Origin: Planctomycetota bacterium
GTDB taxonomy: Bacteria > Planctomycetota > GCA-002687715 > CAIWVZ01
NCBI GenBank assembly: GCA_044222185.1
Contig: JBGANV010000007.1
Coordinates: forward strand, 1-64,000
Length of the DNA stretch: 64,000 bases
Reading direction: 5' to 3'
The first letter of the stretch is position 1. Every line of letters begins with the position of its first letter. The notes beneath the pieces are model-generated. The model did not search any database. It was not told where the DNA came from and was given only the letters and a program-made list of their open reading frames with translations. A program made the translations under genes and the position numbers. Shown piece by piece: positions 1 through 8,461 of the stretch.

Positions 1-139
1 TTTTTTTGCCCCCCCGCGGGGGGGCAAACGAGCACGCCTTGAGGGCGTGCTCGAGCAGGGCCGCGCCCTGCCCGGCTCGGAGCCGGGCAGGGAACCCCGC
101 GGCCCTCGACCGAGGCGGCAACTACCCTGACACTGGGGG

Positions 140-412
140 GTCCTGGTTGGCGTCAACAGCGACAAGGATCGATCCGCGATCGTTGCCGTCGCGAAGGCAC
201 AGGAGCTGACGTGGAGGTCGTTCTGGGATGGCGGCGGGACGGGTGGTCCGATCGCTCGCGCGTGGAACGTCCATTCCTGGCCCACGATCTACGTCATCGA
301 TCACAAGGGCCTGATCCGCTTCGTGAACGTTCGGGGCGCCGAGTTGGATGCCGCCGTCGAGAAACTCGTCGTGGAGGCGGAGGCGGATCCAACGGTGTCG
401 CGCGGCAAGTAG
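140..412 (+). CDS. TlpA/redoxin-family thioredoxin-fold protein, C-terminal fragment (5' end missing)
   Basis: Not in the ORF track because it has no start codon. The frame reads VLVGVNSDKDRSAIVAVAKAQELTWRSFWDGGGTGGPIARAWNVHSWPTIYVIDHKGLIRF...SRGK* (TAG 410-412), typical of the redoxin C-terminal half. Upstream sequence is hairpin-rich, with an in-frame TGA at 128. Confidence 0.75.
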   Translation, partial: VLVGVNSDKDRSAIVAVAKAQELTWRSFWDGGGTGGPIARAWNVHSWPTIYVIDHKGLIRFVNVRGAELDAAVEKLVVEAEADPTVSRGK

Positions 413-442
413 GGCGCGGCCCGACGTGAGCGATCGGAGCGA

Positions 443-1282
443 TCAACGCCCGAGGTGAATCTCGATCGCCTGCGTCAGGATGAACCCGTTCTGGTTCGTG
501 TTCGTGAACTGGATCGCCTGCAAGGCGAACGCGGTGCACTCGAGACCGGGGAGGTTCGGGATCGGGACGGACGTCTGCGCGTTTCCGCTGCCATTGGTCG
601 TGAACGAGACCAATGGCTGGATCGACGAGAGGTCCAGGTAGACGAGGCAGCCGGCCACCGTGAGCGGTGACGCCGCGAGATTCCCGAAGTAGACCGTTCC
701 TCCGGCGTTCGCCGCACCGCTGATGATCGAGATCGTAGCGGCCGACCCGAGCACGGGCGATTGGGCCGCGAGGTAGGTCCCCGTGTTGGGGCACGACGTT
801 CCAACCCATTGCGCGTCCGCCGATTGGTGGCTCAGCGAGAGGATGAACGGTCCGGCGCCCAATCCGAGATGCGCACTCACCGCGATCAACACGGACTCGG
901 ACGGCCCGAGCTGCAGAGTCACGTACGAGAGGACGCCGTTGCACGAATCGTCATCGCAGGCGCGCGGGATCAACGATCCGCAGACCCCGGAGTACACACG
1001 GAGCACCGTGTCCATGATGAATGGCGGTCCTCCGGCGCAGGTCCCGGCCGTGAGAGTGATCGGACAGGGCTGCGTGTTCACGTAGCGGTACCAGACATCT
1101 CGCACAGGTGTGAGTCCGCACGGGCTCGGCGGCAAGCCGGGCTCCGTCGTCGCGGCAGTGCACGTGCCGATGTTGCTGCCGTCCGTGACGAGAGCCGCGT
1201 TGGAGCACAGGTCGTTCGCTGGCGCCTGGGCATGGGACCAGGTGACGATCGCGGCCGCAATGACCAGTGGTGCGTGCCTCAT
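443..1282 (-). CDS. Secreted Cys-rich protein: one 'NDxC..A' PPC-like module plus shared C-terminal domain
   Basis: Signal peptide MRHAPLVIAAAIVTWSHA-Q with GAGGA SD upstream of ATG 1282. Module ANDLCSNA...DVWY...DTVLRVYSG.C...ACDDDSC. C-terminal G.sC..PVLG..GCLVYLD..IP..PGL..LQA..LGR. Confidence 0.8.
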   Translation of the reverse strand: MRHAPLVIAAAIVTWSHAQAPANDLCSNAALVTDGSNIGTCTAATTEPGLPPSPCGLTPVRDVWYRYVNTQPCPITLTAGTCAGGPPFIMDTVLRVYSGVCGSLIPRACDDDSCNGVLSYVTLQLGPSESVLIAVSAHLGLGAGPFILSLSHQSADAQWVGTSCPNTGTYLAAQSPVLGSAATISIISGAANAGGTVYFGNLAASPLTVAGCLVYLDLSSIQPLVSFTTNGSGNAQTSVPIPNLPGLECTAFALQAIQFTNTNQNGFILTQAIEIHLGR

Positions 1283-1338
1283 GGGTTCCTCGACGCGTGC
1301 CATCGTAGTGGTTCGTGTGGCGCGGCGCGGAGGATGTG

Positions 1339-1377
1339 AAAAAAACGCCCGGGTCGTCTTCCGACTCCCGGGCGTTT
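1339..1377 (-). terminator. Rho-independent terminator for the 1428-2684 gene
   Basis: Stem AAACGCCCGGG...CCCGGGCGTTT with A7 on the plus strand (U-tract on minus), about 50 bp after the stop codon. Confidence 0.75.
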
Positions 1378-1427
1378 CGTTCGATCGGTCGCGCGGCTCC
1401 GTCGCGCCGCTCAGCCGAGGGACGGCA

Positions 1428-2684
1428 TCACATGTTGAAGCTCCACACGTTGTCCGAGGCGAAGAGGGCGCCGAGGCCTGGCGTGAACGGCGCGCCGCCC
1501 GGAGGAGCGACGATCAGCATGTTCACCAGGTCGAGGAACTGGGGCAGAACGCCCGCGATCGCAGGCGCACCGAACAGCTGGTAGGGGTACCCACCCGTCG
1601 TTCCGACACCCGTCACGGCGTGGATCGGCGTTGCGATCGGCGAGCACAGGGGCTGGTAGTTCAGCACGCCCATGTAGACCGTGAGGCACTCGTTGCCGGG
1701 GTAGGTGAGCGCGCCAGCCGGGTTGAACCAGCTTCCGATGATCGTGGCGCGCAGGCCCGTCGGGAGGACGCCGGGGATCGGGACCGACCCGCCGCCCGAG
1801 GCCACGCCGTTGCAGCCGGCACCGAATTGGAGCGTCTGGTGAACGTTGCGGTTCGGCGGAACGACACCACCCGGAGTGAAGCAATCACAGTTCGTGCCGG
1901 CGGTCGAGAGCGCGCCGCCCTGGATCGGCGTCTCGTTCAAGCACGTGTAGGGCACGCCGCCGAGGAAGCGCGAGTTGCGCGTCGCATCCGCGAAGATCGC
2001 GCCCTGCGGAGCCGGGCAGAGGAGGTTGAAGTTGAAGTTCGCCGGGGCGACGAGGTGGTACGTCCGGCGCGGCCAGGCCATGGCGGCCGGGAGCGGCCGA
2101 GCGCTGAACGGCGCGTGCATGTCCGTCTCGCAGAGGTGCGTGAGCGAGTAGGAGCACGTCCATTGGTTCGTCGCGCAGTTCAACACGTAGTCGATGTGAC
2201 CGACCATGTGGACGGGGAGGTTGAAGGGCGCGACGGCCGAGAACGGGACGGGGCATCCGACGGCGCCGGCCGCAACGTTGGAGTATTGGACGTCACCGTT
2301 CACGATGAAGCGCCAGACCTGGCTCGGATTCGCGGCCGTGGGAAATTCCATCCACGTGCGCGAGTACTTGGCCACGAGGAGCTGATTGTTGAGTGAGAAC
2401 GCGGCGGTGTTCACCGAGATCTGCATGAACCAGTAATCGCAGAGGACCTGCTGCGGGATGATGAGGTTCCCGGTGTTGAACTGGAGCTCGACGCCGCAGT
2501 CCTTGATGCAGGCGCCGGTGCCGGCGATCTGACACGGTGGGAAGACGGGGAGCGTGGGGTTGGCGATGACGCAGCAGGGGCCGTTGCGGAAGCCGTCATC
2601 GGTGCCGCATTGTGCCCTGAGGCTGGCTGGCAGAACGAGAAGGCTGCAAAGAAGCAAAGCGACCAAGTTCGTGGGGTTTTTCAT
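1428..2684 (-). CDS. Secreted Cys-rich hypothetical protein, paralog A
   Basis: GGAG SD before ATG (MKNPTNLVALLLCSLLVLPASLRA-Q signal peptide). About 18 Cys. Near-identical to 4333-5589. Confidence 0.85.
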   Translation of the reverse strand: MKNPTNLVALLLCSLLVLPASLRAQCGTDDGFRNGPCCVIANPTLPVFPPCQIAGTGACIKDCGVELQFNTGNLIIPQQVLCDYWFMQISVNTAAFSLNNQLLVAKYSRTWMEFPTAANPSQVWRFIVNGDVQYSNVAAGAVGCPVPFSAVAPFNLPVHMVGHIDYVLNCATNQWTCSYSLTHLCETDMHAPFSARPLPAAMAWPRRTYHLVAPANFNFNLLCPAPQGAIFADATRNSRFLGGVPYTCLNETPIQGGALSTAGTNCDCFTPGGVVPPNRNVHQTLQFGAGCNGVASGGGSVPIPGVLPTGLRATIIGSWFNPAGALTYPGNECLTVYMGVLNYQPLCSPIATPIHAVTGVGTTGGYPYQLFGAPAIAGVLPQFLDLVNMLIVAPPGGAPFTPGLGALFASDNVWSFNM

Positions 2685-2810
2685 GGCGGATCTCCGGTGC
2701 GCTGACTCGGGGCCGGCCTCACGACGCGCTGAGTTGCGCTCGGGCTTCGCCAGCCGCTGACACGGGAGCATCCGCCGGCGAACCGGATGCGGAAATCTAT
2801 TTCTCGCCCC

Positions 2811-2986
2811 GGAACGCCAGGCTCCAGCCTGGCCGGATCGGCGGGGCTCGGCCCCGCCGCGAAGACTGACGGCCGCGCGCACGCGACGATCCGCGCCGCA
2901 AAGCCGTTGGCTGAGCTGACGACTTCGGACGTTCTACGGGCACGCCGAGCGTGCCCGGTCCAGCCAGGCCGGAGCCTGGCGCTCCC
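2811..2986. repeat. 176-bp REPIN/MITE-like element, copy 1
   Basis: Terminal inverted repeats GGAACGCCAGGCTCCAGCCTGGC ... GCCAGGCCGGAGCCTGGCGCTCCC, each itself palindromic. Internal hairpins GGCGGGGC-tcg-GCCCCGCC and CGGGCACGC-cga-GCGTGCCCG. Confidence 0.85.
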
Positions 2987-3003
2987 GCCGCATGCCGATC
3001 GCG

Positions 3004-3179
3004 GGAACGCCAGGCTCCAGCCTGGCCGGATCGGCGGGGCTCGGCCCCGCCGCGAAGACTGACGGCCGCGCGCACGCGACGATCCGCGCCGCGAAGCCGT
3101 CGGCTGAGCTGACGACTTCGGACGTTCCACGGGCACGCCGAGCGTGCCCGGTCCAGCCAGGCCGGAGCCTGGCGCTCCC
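3004..3179. repeat. 176-bp REPIN/MITE-like element, copy 2 (tandem with copy 1)
   Basis: Direct repeat of 2811-2986 with only a few substitutions, separated by 17 bp. Confidence 0.85.
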
Positions 3180-3231
3180 GCTGAATGTTGCACCCGGCGC
3201 CGTTTCCGCTGCCGCGGTGTATGCTCCTCAC

Positions 3232-4224
3232 ATGACCTCGTTCCGACGCGCGTCCTCCGCGTTGCTCCTCACATGGCTCGTGGTCGGGTCCGTTCCCGCG
3301 CAGTCGACGCCGCCGGGTCTTTGCTTCGCACTCAACGACGTGACCGGTGTGTCCGTGGCGAACCTGCCCCTGGTCGCGGGCGGCGAGGTCTACCTCGCAT
3401 TCACCGCACCCGTCGGCGGCGTCATCGAGCGCGTCGACATCGGCATGTCGTTCCCGGCAAGCCCGACGTACACGCTCGACGTCTTTCAGGCACCCGGCGG
3501 TTCGCTCGGGCCGTTGATCGCCACGGCCACCGGCACCTGGCTCGGACTGGCCATCTTCAACCTGACGTCGCCGGTGACGTTCGCGGCCGGGCAGCAGTAC
3601 GCGCTGCGACTCACGACGCCCGCCGGGTCGCCGGTGTCCTACATCCAGGGGCCCGCGGTTCCGCCGACGCCGCTCTCCTACGCGTTGTCTTGCGGCGCGA
3701 GCCCTCCCGTCATGTTCCCGCCCTGCTCGACATACGCGACGCTCGGGACGTTCGGCGCGACGATCCGCTTCCGAGCCGTGGCCTGCGGACAGTCGCCGCT
3801 CGCGACGGCGATTCAGGTCGGGACGCCCTGCGGAGGCGGGTCGTTCGGGCCATCGATGTCCCTCACCACACCGCCGGTTCTCGGAACGACGACGGCGATC
3901 GCGATCTACGGCGCCTCCGGCATCAACATGGTGTTCGGAGCCGGCGGCCCCGCGACCGGCGGTGTTCCGCTCGGTGGCGGCTGCAACCTCTACCTCGACC
4001 CGATTTCGCTGCAGACACTCGCGGCGGCTGGGCTCGAACCGCTCGTCGCGGCGCCCACGTCTGGATTCCCCACGTACATTTCGATCGCCATTCCGGCGAC
4101 GCCGGCGCTCGCCGGCAGCATCTTCACGCTGCAGACCGCAATCCTCGGCGTGGCCACCGGAGTCGTGATCGCGGGCTACACGACGCAGATGTCGAACGCC
4201 GTCCAGGTGACGCTCGGCTACTGA
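3232..4224 (+). CDS. Secreted protein with small N-terminal beta domain and shared C-terminal domain
   Basis: Signal peptide MTSFRRASSALLLTWLVVGSVPA-Q. C-terminus GTPCGG..PPVLG..GGCNLYLDP..IPATPALAG..LQTA..MSNAVQVTLGY. The upstream ORF extension runs through the repeat element. Confidence 0.8.
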   Translation: MTSFRRASSALLLTWLVVGSVPAQSTPPGLCFALNDVTGVSVANLPLVAGGEVYLAFTAPVGGVIERVDIGMSFPASPTYTLDVFQAPGGSLGPLIATATGTWLGLAIFNLTSPVTFAAGQQYALRLTTPAGSPVSYIQGPAVPPTPLSYALSCGASPPVMFPPCSTYATLGTFGATIRFRAVACGQSPLATAIQVGTPCGGGSFGPSMSLTTPPVLGTTTAIAIYGASGINMVFGAGGPATGGVPLGGGCNLYLDPISLQTLAAAGLEPLVAAPTSGFPTYISIAIPATPALAGSIFTLQTAILGVATGVVIAGYTTQMSNAVQVTLGY

Positions 4225-4241
4225 AGCGGCGCGTGGAAATG

Positions 4242-4276
4242 AAATCGACCGGACGCCCTGAAGCGCCCGGTCGACT
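4242..4276. terminator. Hairpin between convergent genes, probable terminator
   Basis: TCGACCGG-ACGC...GCGC-CCGGTCGA stem between the stops at 4224 and 4333. Confidence 0.5.
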
Positions 4277-4332
4277 TGCCGGCGTGAATCACGTCGGAGA
4301 TCGAGAGTCGACACCCACGTCATCCGTTCGCA

Positions 4333-5589
4333 TCACATGTTGAAGCTCCAGACGTTGTCGGAGGCGAAGAGAGCGCCGAGGCCCGGGCTGAACGGCGCGC
4401 CACCCGGAGGCGCGACGATCAGCATGTTCACGAGGTCGAGGAACTGCGGCAGGGTGCCGGCGATCGCAGGTCCACCGAACAGCTGGTAGGGGTAGCCGCC
4501 CGTGGTCCCGATACCCGTCACGGCGTGGATCGGGGTGGCGATCGGCGAGCAGATCGGCTGATAGTTGAGCACGCCCATGTAGATCGTGAGGCACTCGTTT
4601 CCGGGATAGGTGAGCGCGCCGGTCGGGTTGATCCAGCTTCCGACGATCGTGGCGCGGAGGCCCGTCGGAAGGACGCCGGGGATCGGGATCGATCCGCCGC
4701 CCGAGGCCACGCCGTTGCAGCCCGCGCCGAACTGGAGGGTCTGGTGAACGTTGCGGTTCGGCGGAACGAAGCCGCCTGGGGTGAAGCAGTCACAGTTCGT
4801 TCCTGCGGTCGAGAGGAACCCGGCCTGGATGGGAGTCTCGTTCAAGCAGGTGTACGGCACGCCGCCGAGGAAGCGCGAGTTGCGGGTCGCATCCGCGACG
4901 ATCGGGCCCTGGGGCGCCGGGCAAAGAGCGTTGAAGTTGAAGTTGGCGGGCGCGACCAGGTGGTACGTGCGGCGCGGCCAGGTCATGGCCGCCGGAAGCG
5001 GACGAGCGCTGAATGAGGCGTGCATGTCGGTCTCGCACAGGTGCGTGAGCGAGTAGGAGCACGTCCATTGGTTCGTCGCGCAGTTCAACACGTAGTCGAT
5101 GTGACCGATCATGTGGACGGGAAGATTGAACGGCGCGACGGCTGAGAACGGCACGGGGCATCCGACAGCGCCGGCGGCCACGCTCGAATATTGGACATCA
5201 CCGTTCACGATGAAGCGCCAGACCTGGCTTGGGCTGGCGGTCGTGGGGAATTCCATCCAGGTTCTGGAGTACTTGGCGACGAGTAACTGGTTGGCGAGCG
5301 TGAACGCCGCGGTGTTCACCGAGATCTGCATGAACCAGTAATCGCAGAGGACCTGTTGCGGGATGATCAGGTTTCCCGTGTTGAACTGCAGCTCCACGCC
5401 GCAGTCCCTGATGCACGCGCCGGTGCCAGCGATCTGACACGGCGGGAAGACGGGGAGCGTGGGGTTGGCGAGGACGCAACACGGGCCGTTGCGGAAGCCG
5501 TCATCGGTCCCGCATTGCGCCCAGACGCTCGTCGGCAGAACGAGAAGGCTGGAGAAAAGCAAGGCGACGAGGTTCGTGCGAGTCTTCAT
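4333..5589 (-). CDS. Secreted Cys-rich hypothetical protein, paralog B
   Basis: MKTRTNLVALLFSSLLVLPTSVWA-Q signal peptide with GGAG SD. Colinear with paralog A and ends in the same DNVWSFNM. Confidence 0.85.
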   Translation of the reverse strand: MKTRTNLVALLFSSLLVLPTSVWAQCGTDDGFRNGPCCVLANPTLPVFPPCQIAGTGACIRDCGVELQFNTGNLIIPQQVLCDYWFMQISVNTAAFTLANQLLVAKYSRTWMEFPTTASPSQVWRFIVNGDVQYSSVAAGAVGCPVPFSAVAPFNLPVHMIGHIDYVLNCATNQWTCSYSLTHLCETDMHASFSARPLPAAMTWPRRTYHLVAPANFNFNALCPAPQGPIVADATRNSRFLGGVPYTCLNETPIQAGFLSTAGTNCDCFTPGGFVPPNRNVHQTLQFGAGCNGVASGGGSIPIPGVLPTGLRATIVGSWINPTGALTYPGNECLTIYMGVLNYQPICSPIATPIHAVTGIGTTGGYPYQLFGGPAIAGTLPQFLDLVNMLIVAPPGGAPFSPGLGALFASDNVWSFNM

Positions 5590-5713
5590 GGCAGGTCTCC
5601 GTTGCGCTGTGTTTGGGCCGGCTCCCCGACGCGCTTGGTTGCGGTCGGGATTCGCCAGCCATTGACGCAAGAGCATCCGCCGGCCGCGTCGAAGCGGAAA
5701 TCCGTCTACGCTC

Positions 5714-5889
5714 GGAACGCCAGGCGCCAGCCTGGCTGGACCGGCGGGGCTCTGCCCCGCTGCGGGGACTGACGGGCCGCGAGCCTGCGACGGTGCGTGC
5801 CGCGAAGCCGTCGGTTGGGGTGACGGCGTCGGGGGAAGTCGGGCACGCGGAGCGTGCCCGGTCCGGCCAGGCTGGAGCCTGGCGCTCCC
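5714..5889. repeat. 176-bp REPIN/MITE-like element, copy 3 (diverged)
   Basis: Same terminal repeats, internal hairpins and length as copies 1 and 2, with a diverged middle. An extra isolated CGGGCACGC-gaa-GCGTGCCCG hairpin lies at 5930-5950. Confidence 0.8.
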
Positions 5890-5951
5890 GCGGCGAAGTC
5901 GTCGATCGAGCAGACGACGTCGGCCGTCTCGGGCACGCGAAGCGTGCCCGG

Positions 5952-7223
5952 TCAGGGATCGCTGAGGGTGAGCGTGTCGTCCGCGCCCGGGGGGTTTCCG
6001 AACAGCCCGCGGGTGATGAAGCTCGACCCCTCCACCCGGAGGATCTCGAACGCGGAGACGACCTTTCCGTCGTGCACCACCTGAAGTTGCTGGCCGACCT
6101 TGGCACCCCGCAGTTCGGCACGATCACGGACGTCGAAGATCGCGATGCGCCCCTCGAAGACGACGGTCTTGGCGTCGGGGTTCACCGGTTCTGGCGGCTT
6201 GATCGAGAAGCTGGCCAGGACTTCGATGGTCTCGGGCTTCTCGTCAGGGTTCTTCGGTGCGATGGGGACCCGCATGCGAACGCACGGTCGATCTGCGGTC
6301 AGTGACAGGTCGCCGCTCGGCAGCTGTCGCGTGACGACCTCGGGAAGTTGGATGGTGTAGCTCTCCGACGACGCCAACGTCGTCGTGAACGTGCGAATGG
6401 GACGGCTGACCGTCGAGATCGAGACCGTCACGTTGGCCGAGATCGTCTGCCCATCCGGTTCGACGAGCGCGCTCGTTTCGACCTGGATCCCGTCGAACAC
6501 GGAGTCGACGACCGGCACGAAGAGCTTCTTGCCGTCGACGATCTCCTCGGTGAAGTCCTTGACGTACTTCGTCGACTCGCCGACGGAGACCGTGCCCGTA
6601 TCACCGTTGCGCAGCAGCAGCCGTGGCGCGGTGAGGACTTCCGACTCGGGTGCCGCCGAGTGCTCGAATGCCAAGAGGCGCCGTGCCCGCTCGATTTCCC
6701 CTTGCGTGAGCAACTCCGGGTCGAACCTCGCGGCAGGGCCGTCGCCGATCGCCGGATCACCCTTCGCCGCCTGCCGCCGCACGATCGTGAAGGTGGCGAG
6801 GATCTGCGAGTCCTTCTGGCGCGCGAACTTGTCGAGGACGTCCTGGATCGGCTGCCGCGCTTCCGGCGTCGCGTCGACGATCATCCGACGTGTCCGCTGG
6901 ATCATCGGCGTCGAGAGGCCGTAGGTACGTCGCTCGATGGACTCGAACGACACGGCGGTGATTCCCGGCGCGCGCTTGGGAAGCTCCGTCCTGAGCCACT
7001 GTTCCACGCGATCCAAGGTGAATTCCGAGCGCTTCCGGGCCGCATCGCCGAAGCCATCGAGGGGCGCCGAGACCTCTCGTTGGCGATCGTTCAGCTCGAG
7101 CGAGAACTCGAATCGCCGCGGCCGCTCGACGGCGAACGAGTTGAGTTGGCCGGGCCGATCCTGCGCCGCGCCGCTCATCGCCAGGCATGCGCAGGCGACG
7201 AACCACTCCATGCGAACTTTCAT
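5952..7223 (-). CDS. Exported protein with a partial secretin-like (GspD/PilQ-type) domain
   Basis: Signal peptide MKVRMEWFVACACLAMSGAA-Q. Motifs VLTAPRLLLRNGDTGTVSVG..YVKD..PVVDSVFDGIQV..PDG..IQLPEV resemble the secretin core of planctomycete GspD-like proteins. Confidence 0.6.
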   Translation of the reverse strand: MKVRMEWFVACACLAMSGAAQDRPGQLNSFAVERPRRFEFSLELNDRQREVSAPLDGFGDAARKRSEFTLDRVEQWLRTELPKRAPGITAVSFESIERRTYGLSTPMIQRTRRMIVDATPEARQPIQDVLDKFARQKDSQILATFTIVRRQAAKGDPAIGDGPAARFDPELLTQGEIERARRLLAFEHSAAPESEVLTAPRLLLRNGDTGTVSVGESTKYVKDFTEEIVDGKKLFVPVVDSVFDGIQVETSALVEPDGQTISANVTVSISTVSRPIRTFTTTLASSESYTIQLPEVVTRQLPSGDLSLTADRPCVRMRVPIAPKNPDEKPETIEVLASFSIKPPEPVNPDAKTVVFEGRIAIFDVRDRAELRGAKVGQQLQVVHDGKVVSAFEILRVEGSSFITRGLFGNPPGADDTLTLSDP

Positions 7224-7239
7224 CACCAGTTCCTCCTGC

Positions 7240-7749
7240 TCACCTGCGGATTTCCATCCGGACGACTTCCTGCACCTCGCGAGCGATGCGCCCGCCGGGG
7301 AGCGCGCGCTCGACGATGATCTGTTCACGAACGGCGACGGGATGGGGCTGGCCCGTTCGAGTCGTGGCCGCGCGGGGCGGCGGTGCCGGCGCTTCGACCT
7401 GGACCCTGACGACGTCTTCGCGAGGTCCGTCCGTCGCCACGCACCACGGCCTCACGACGAGGACGCCCGCAACGATCGATGCGGCGACAAGCCCGGCGAC
7501 CCGTCGCCACGACGGGGTCGGGCGCGCCGGCCGCAGGGGCGGTGCGACGATGGGCGCAGGCTCCTCGCCAATCGACGCGATCACCGCCATCTCGCCGGCC
7601 CACCGCTCCGCGCACCGCGCGCAGCGCGTCACGTGATCGCCGATCTCGTGCAGCCGCGCCGCCGTCGGGTTCGCGTGCACGTCCTCCAACCCGAGCAGCG
7701 CGTCGACCTCCGCGCACGAAACTGACGCCGCCCATGGATCGTGCGTCAT
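7240..7749 (-). CDS. Putative zinc-finger (ZAS) anti-sigma factor, single transmembrane helix
   Basis: C..V...L..., HVTRCARC (HxxxCxxC) followed by a TM segment (RRVAGLVAASIVAGVLVV). ATGA overlap with the sigma stop codon. Confidence 0.75.
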   Translation of the reverse strand: MTHDPWAASVSCAEVDALLGLEDVHANPTAARLHEIGDHVTRCARCAERWAGEMAVIASIGEEPAPIVAPPLRPARPTPSWRRVAGLVAASIVAGVLVVRPWCVATDGPREDVVRVQVEAPAPPPRAATTRTGQPHPVAVREQIIVERALPGGRIAREVQEVVRMEIRR

Positions 7750-8228
7750 GAGATCTCCTTCGCGACGCGCGAGCGCAGCCGCGCCCGCCCGCGGAAAAGC
7801 CACGTCTTGATCGTCCCCTCCGGCACGGCGAGTTGGACGGCGATCTCCGCCACCGAACGACCCTCGAGGTAGTGCAGGAGCAGGGCCGCGCGCTCGTGGA
7901 TCGGGAGCGCAGCCAGATCGTCGGCCAGTTCGAGCCCATCGGGCGGCTGCGCCGCCGCCGTGTCGGGCGGCTCGTCCGCAGACCGAAGCGTCGCGCGCAC
8001 GCCCTGCTGCCGAACGTGATCGATCACCCGGTTGATGACGAGCGTGCGCATCCAAGGAAGTGGATCTCGGTCGGGGTCGAGCATGGAGAATGACCGCCAG
8101 GCCGACCACAGCACGTCCTGCCACAAGTCCTCCGCGACGACGCGGTTCTTGACGTACCGCAAGACGAGCCCGAAGAGACGTGGCCCGAACTCGGCGCACA
8201 GATGTTCAAAGCGCTCGGTGCGGTTCAA
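7746..8228 (-). CDS. ECF RNA polymerase sigma factor (start uncertain; ORF extends to 8384)
   Basis: Region 2 VAEDLWQDVLWSAWR...WMRTLVINRVIDHVR. Region 4 LP..ERAALLLHYLEGRSVAEIA..L.VPEGTIKTWLFRGRARLR. Confidence 0.9.
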   Translation of the reverse strand: MNRTERFEHLCAEFGPRLFGLVLRYVKNRVVAEDLWQDVLWSAWRSFSMLDPDRDPLPWMRTLVINRVIDHVRQQGVRATLRSADEPPDTAAAQPPDGLELADDLAALPIHERAALLLHYLEGRSVAEIAVQLAVPEGTIKTWLFRGRARLRSRVAKEIS

Positions 8229-8461
8229 CGGGACGCGTCCGATCGACCTTTCACAACTCGGTACGGGCCGTGGTCGCGGTCGGTTTCGCCGGCTTTTTCC
8301 TGCCGAGCGAGCGATCGACCCTAGCTCGGAGAAGATTCTGCCTCCCGGCGCACGCAGGACGCGGCCGGATCGGGCCGATGACACTTCCGTACCCCGGGGA
8401 ATTTGACGCGATGACTGTACGAGCCGAGCCGGGCGCGAGGCGAGCTAAGATGCGGGCCGCC

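Noticed and set aside
128-130. In-frame TGA upstream of the redoxin fragment as selenocysteine
   Set aside because: The context (P-*-H-W-G) does not match a UxxC motif or its expected position, and the upstream sequence looks artefactual.
2685-2800. Conserved leader of the duplicated genes as a known riboswitch
   Set aside because: I see no match to riboswitch consensus sequences I know. Co-duplication alone explains the conservation.
2811-3179. Tandem repeats as a possible CRISPR array
   Set aside because: The units are 176 bp with no unique spacers, and no cas genes are present.
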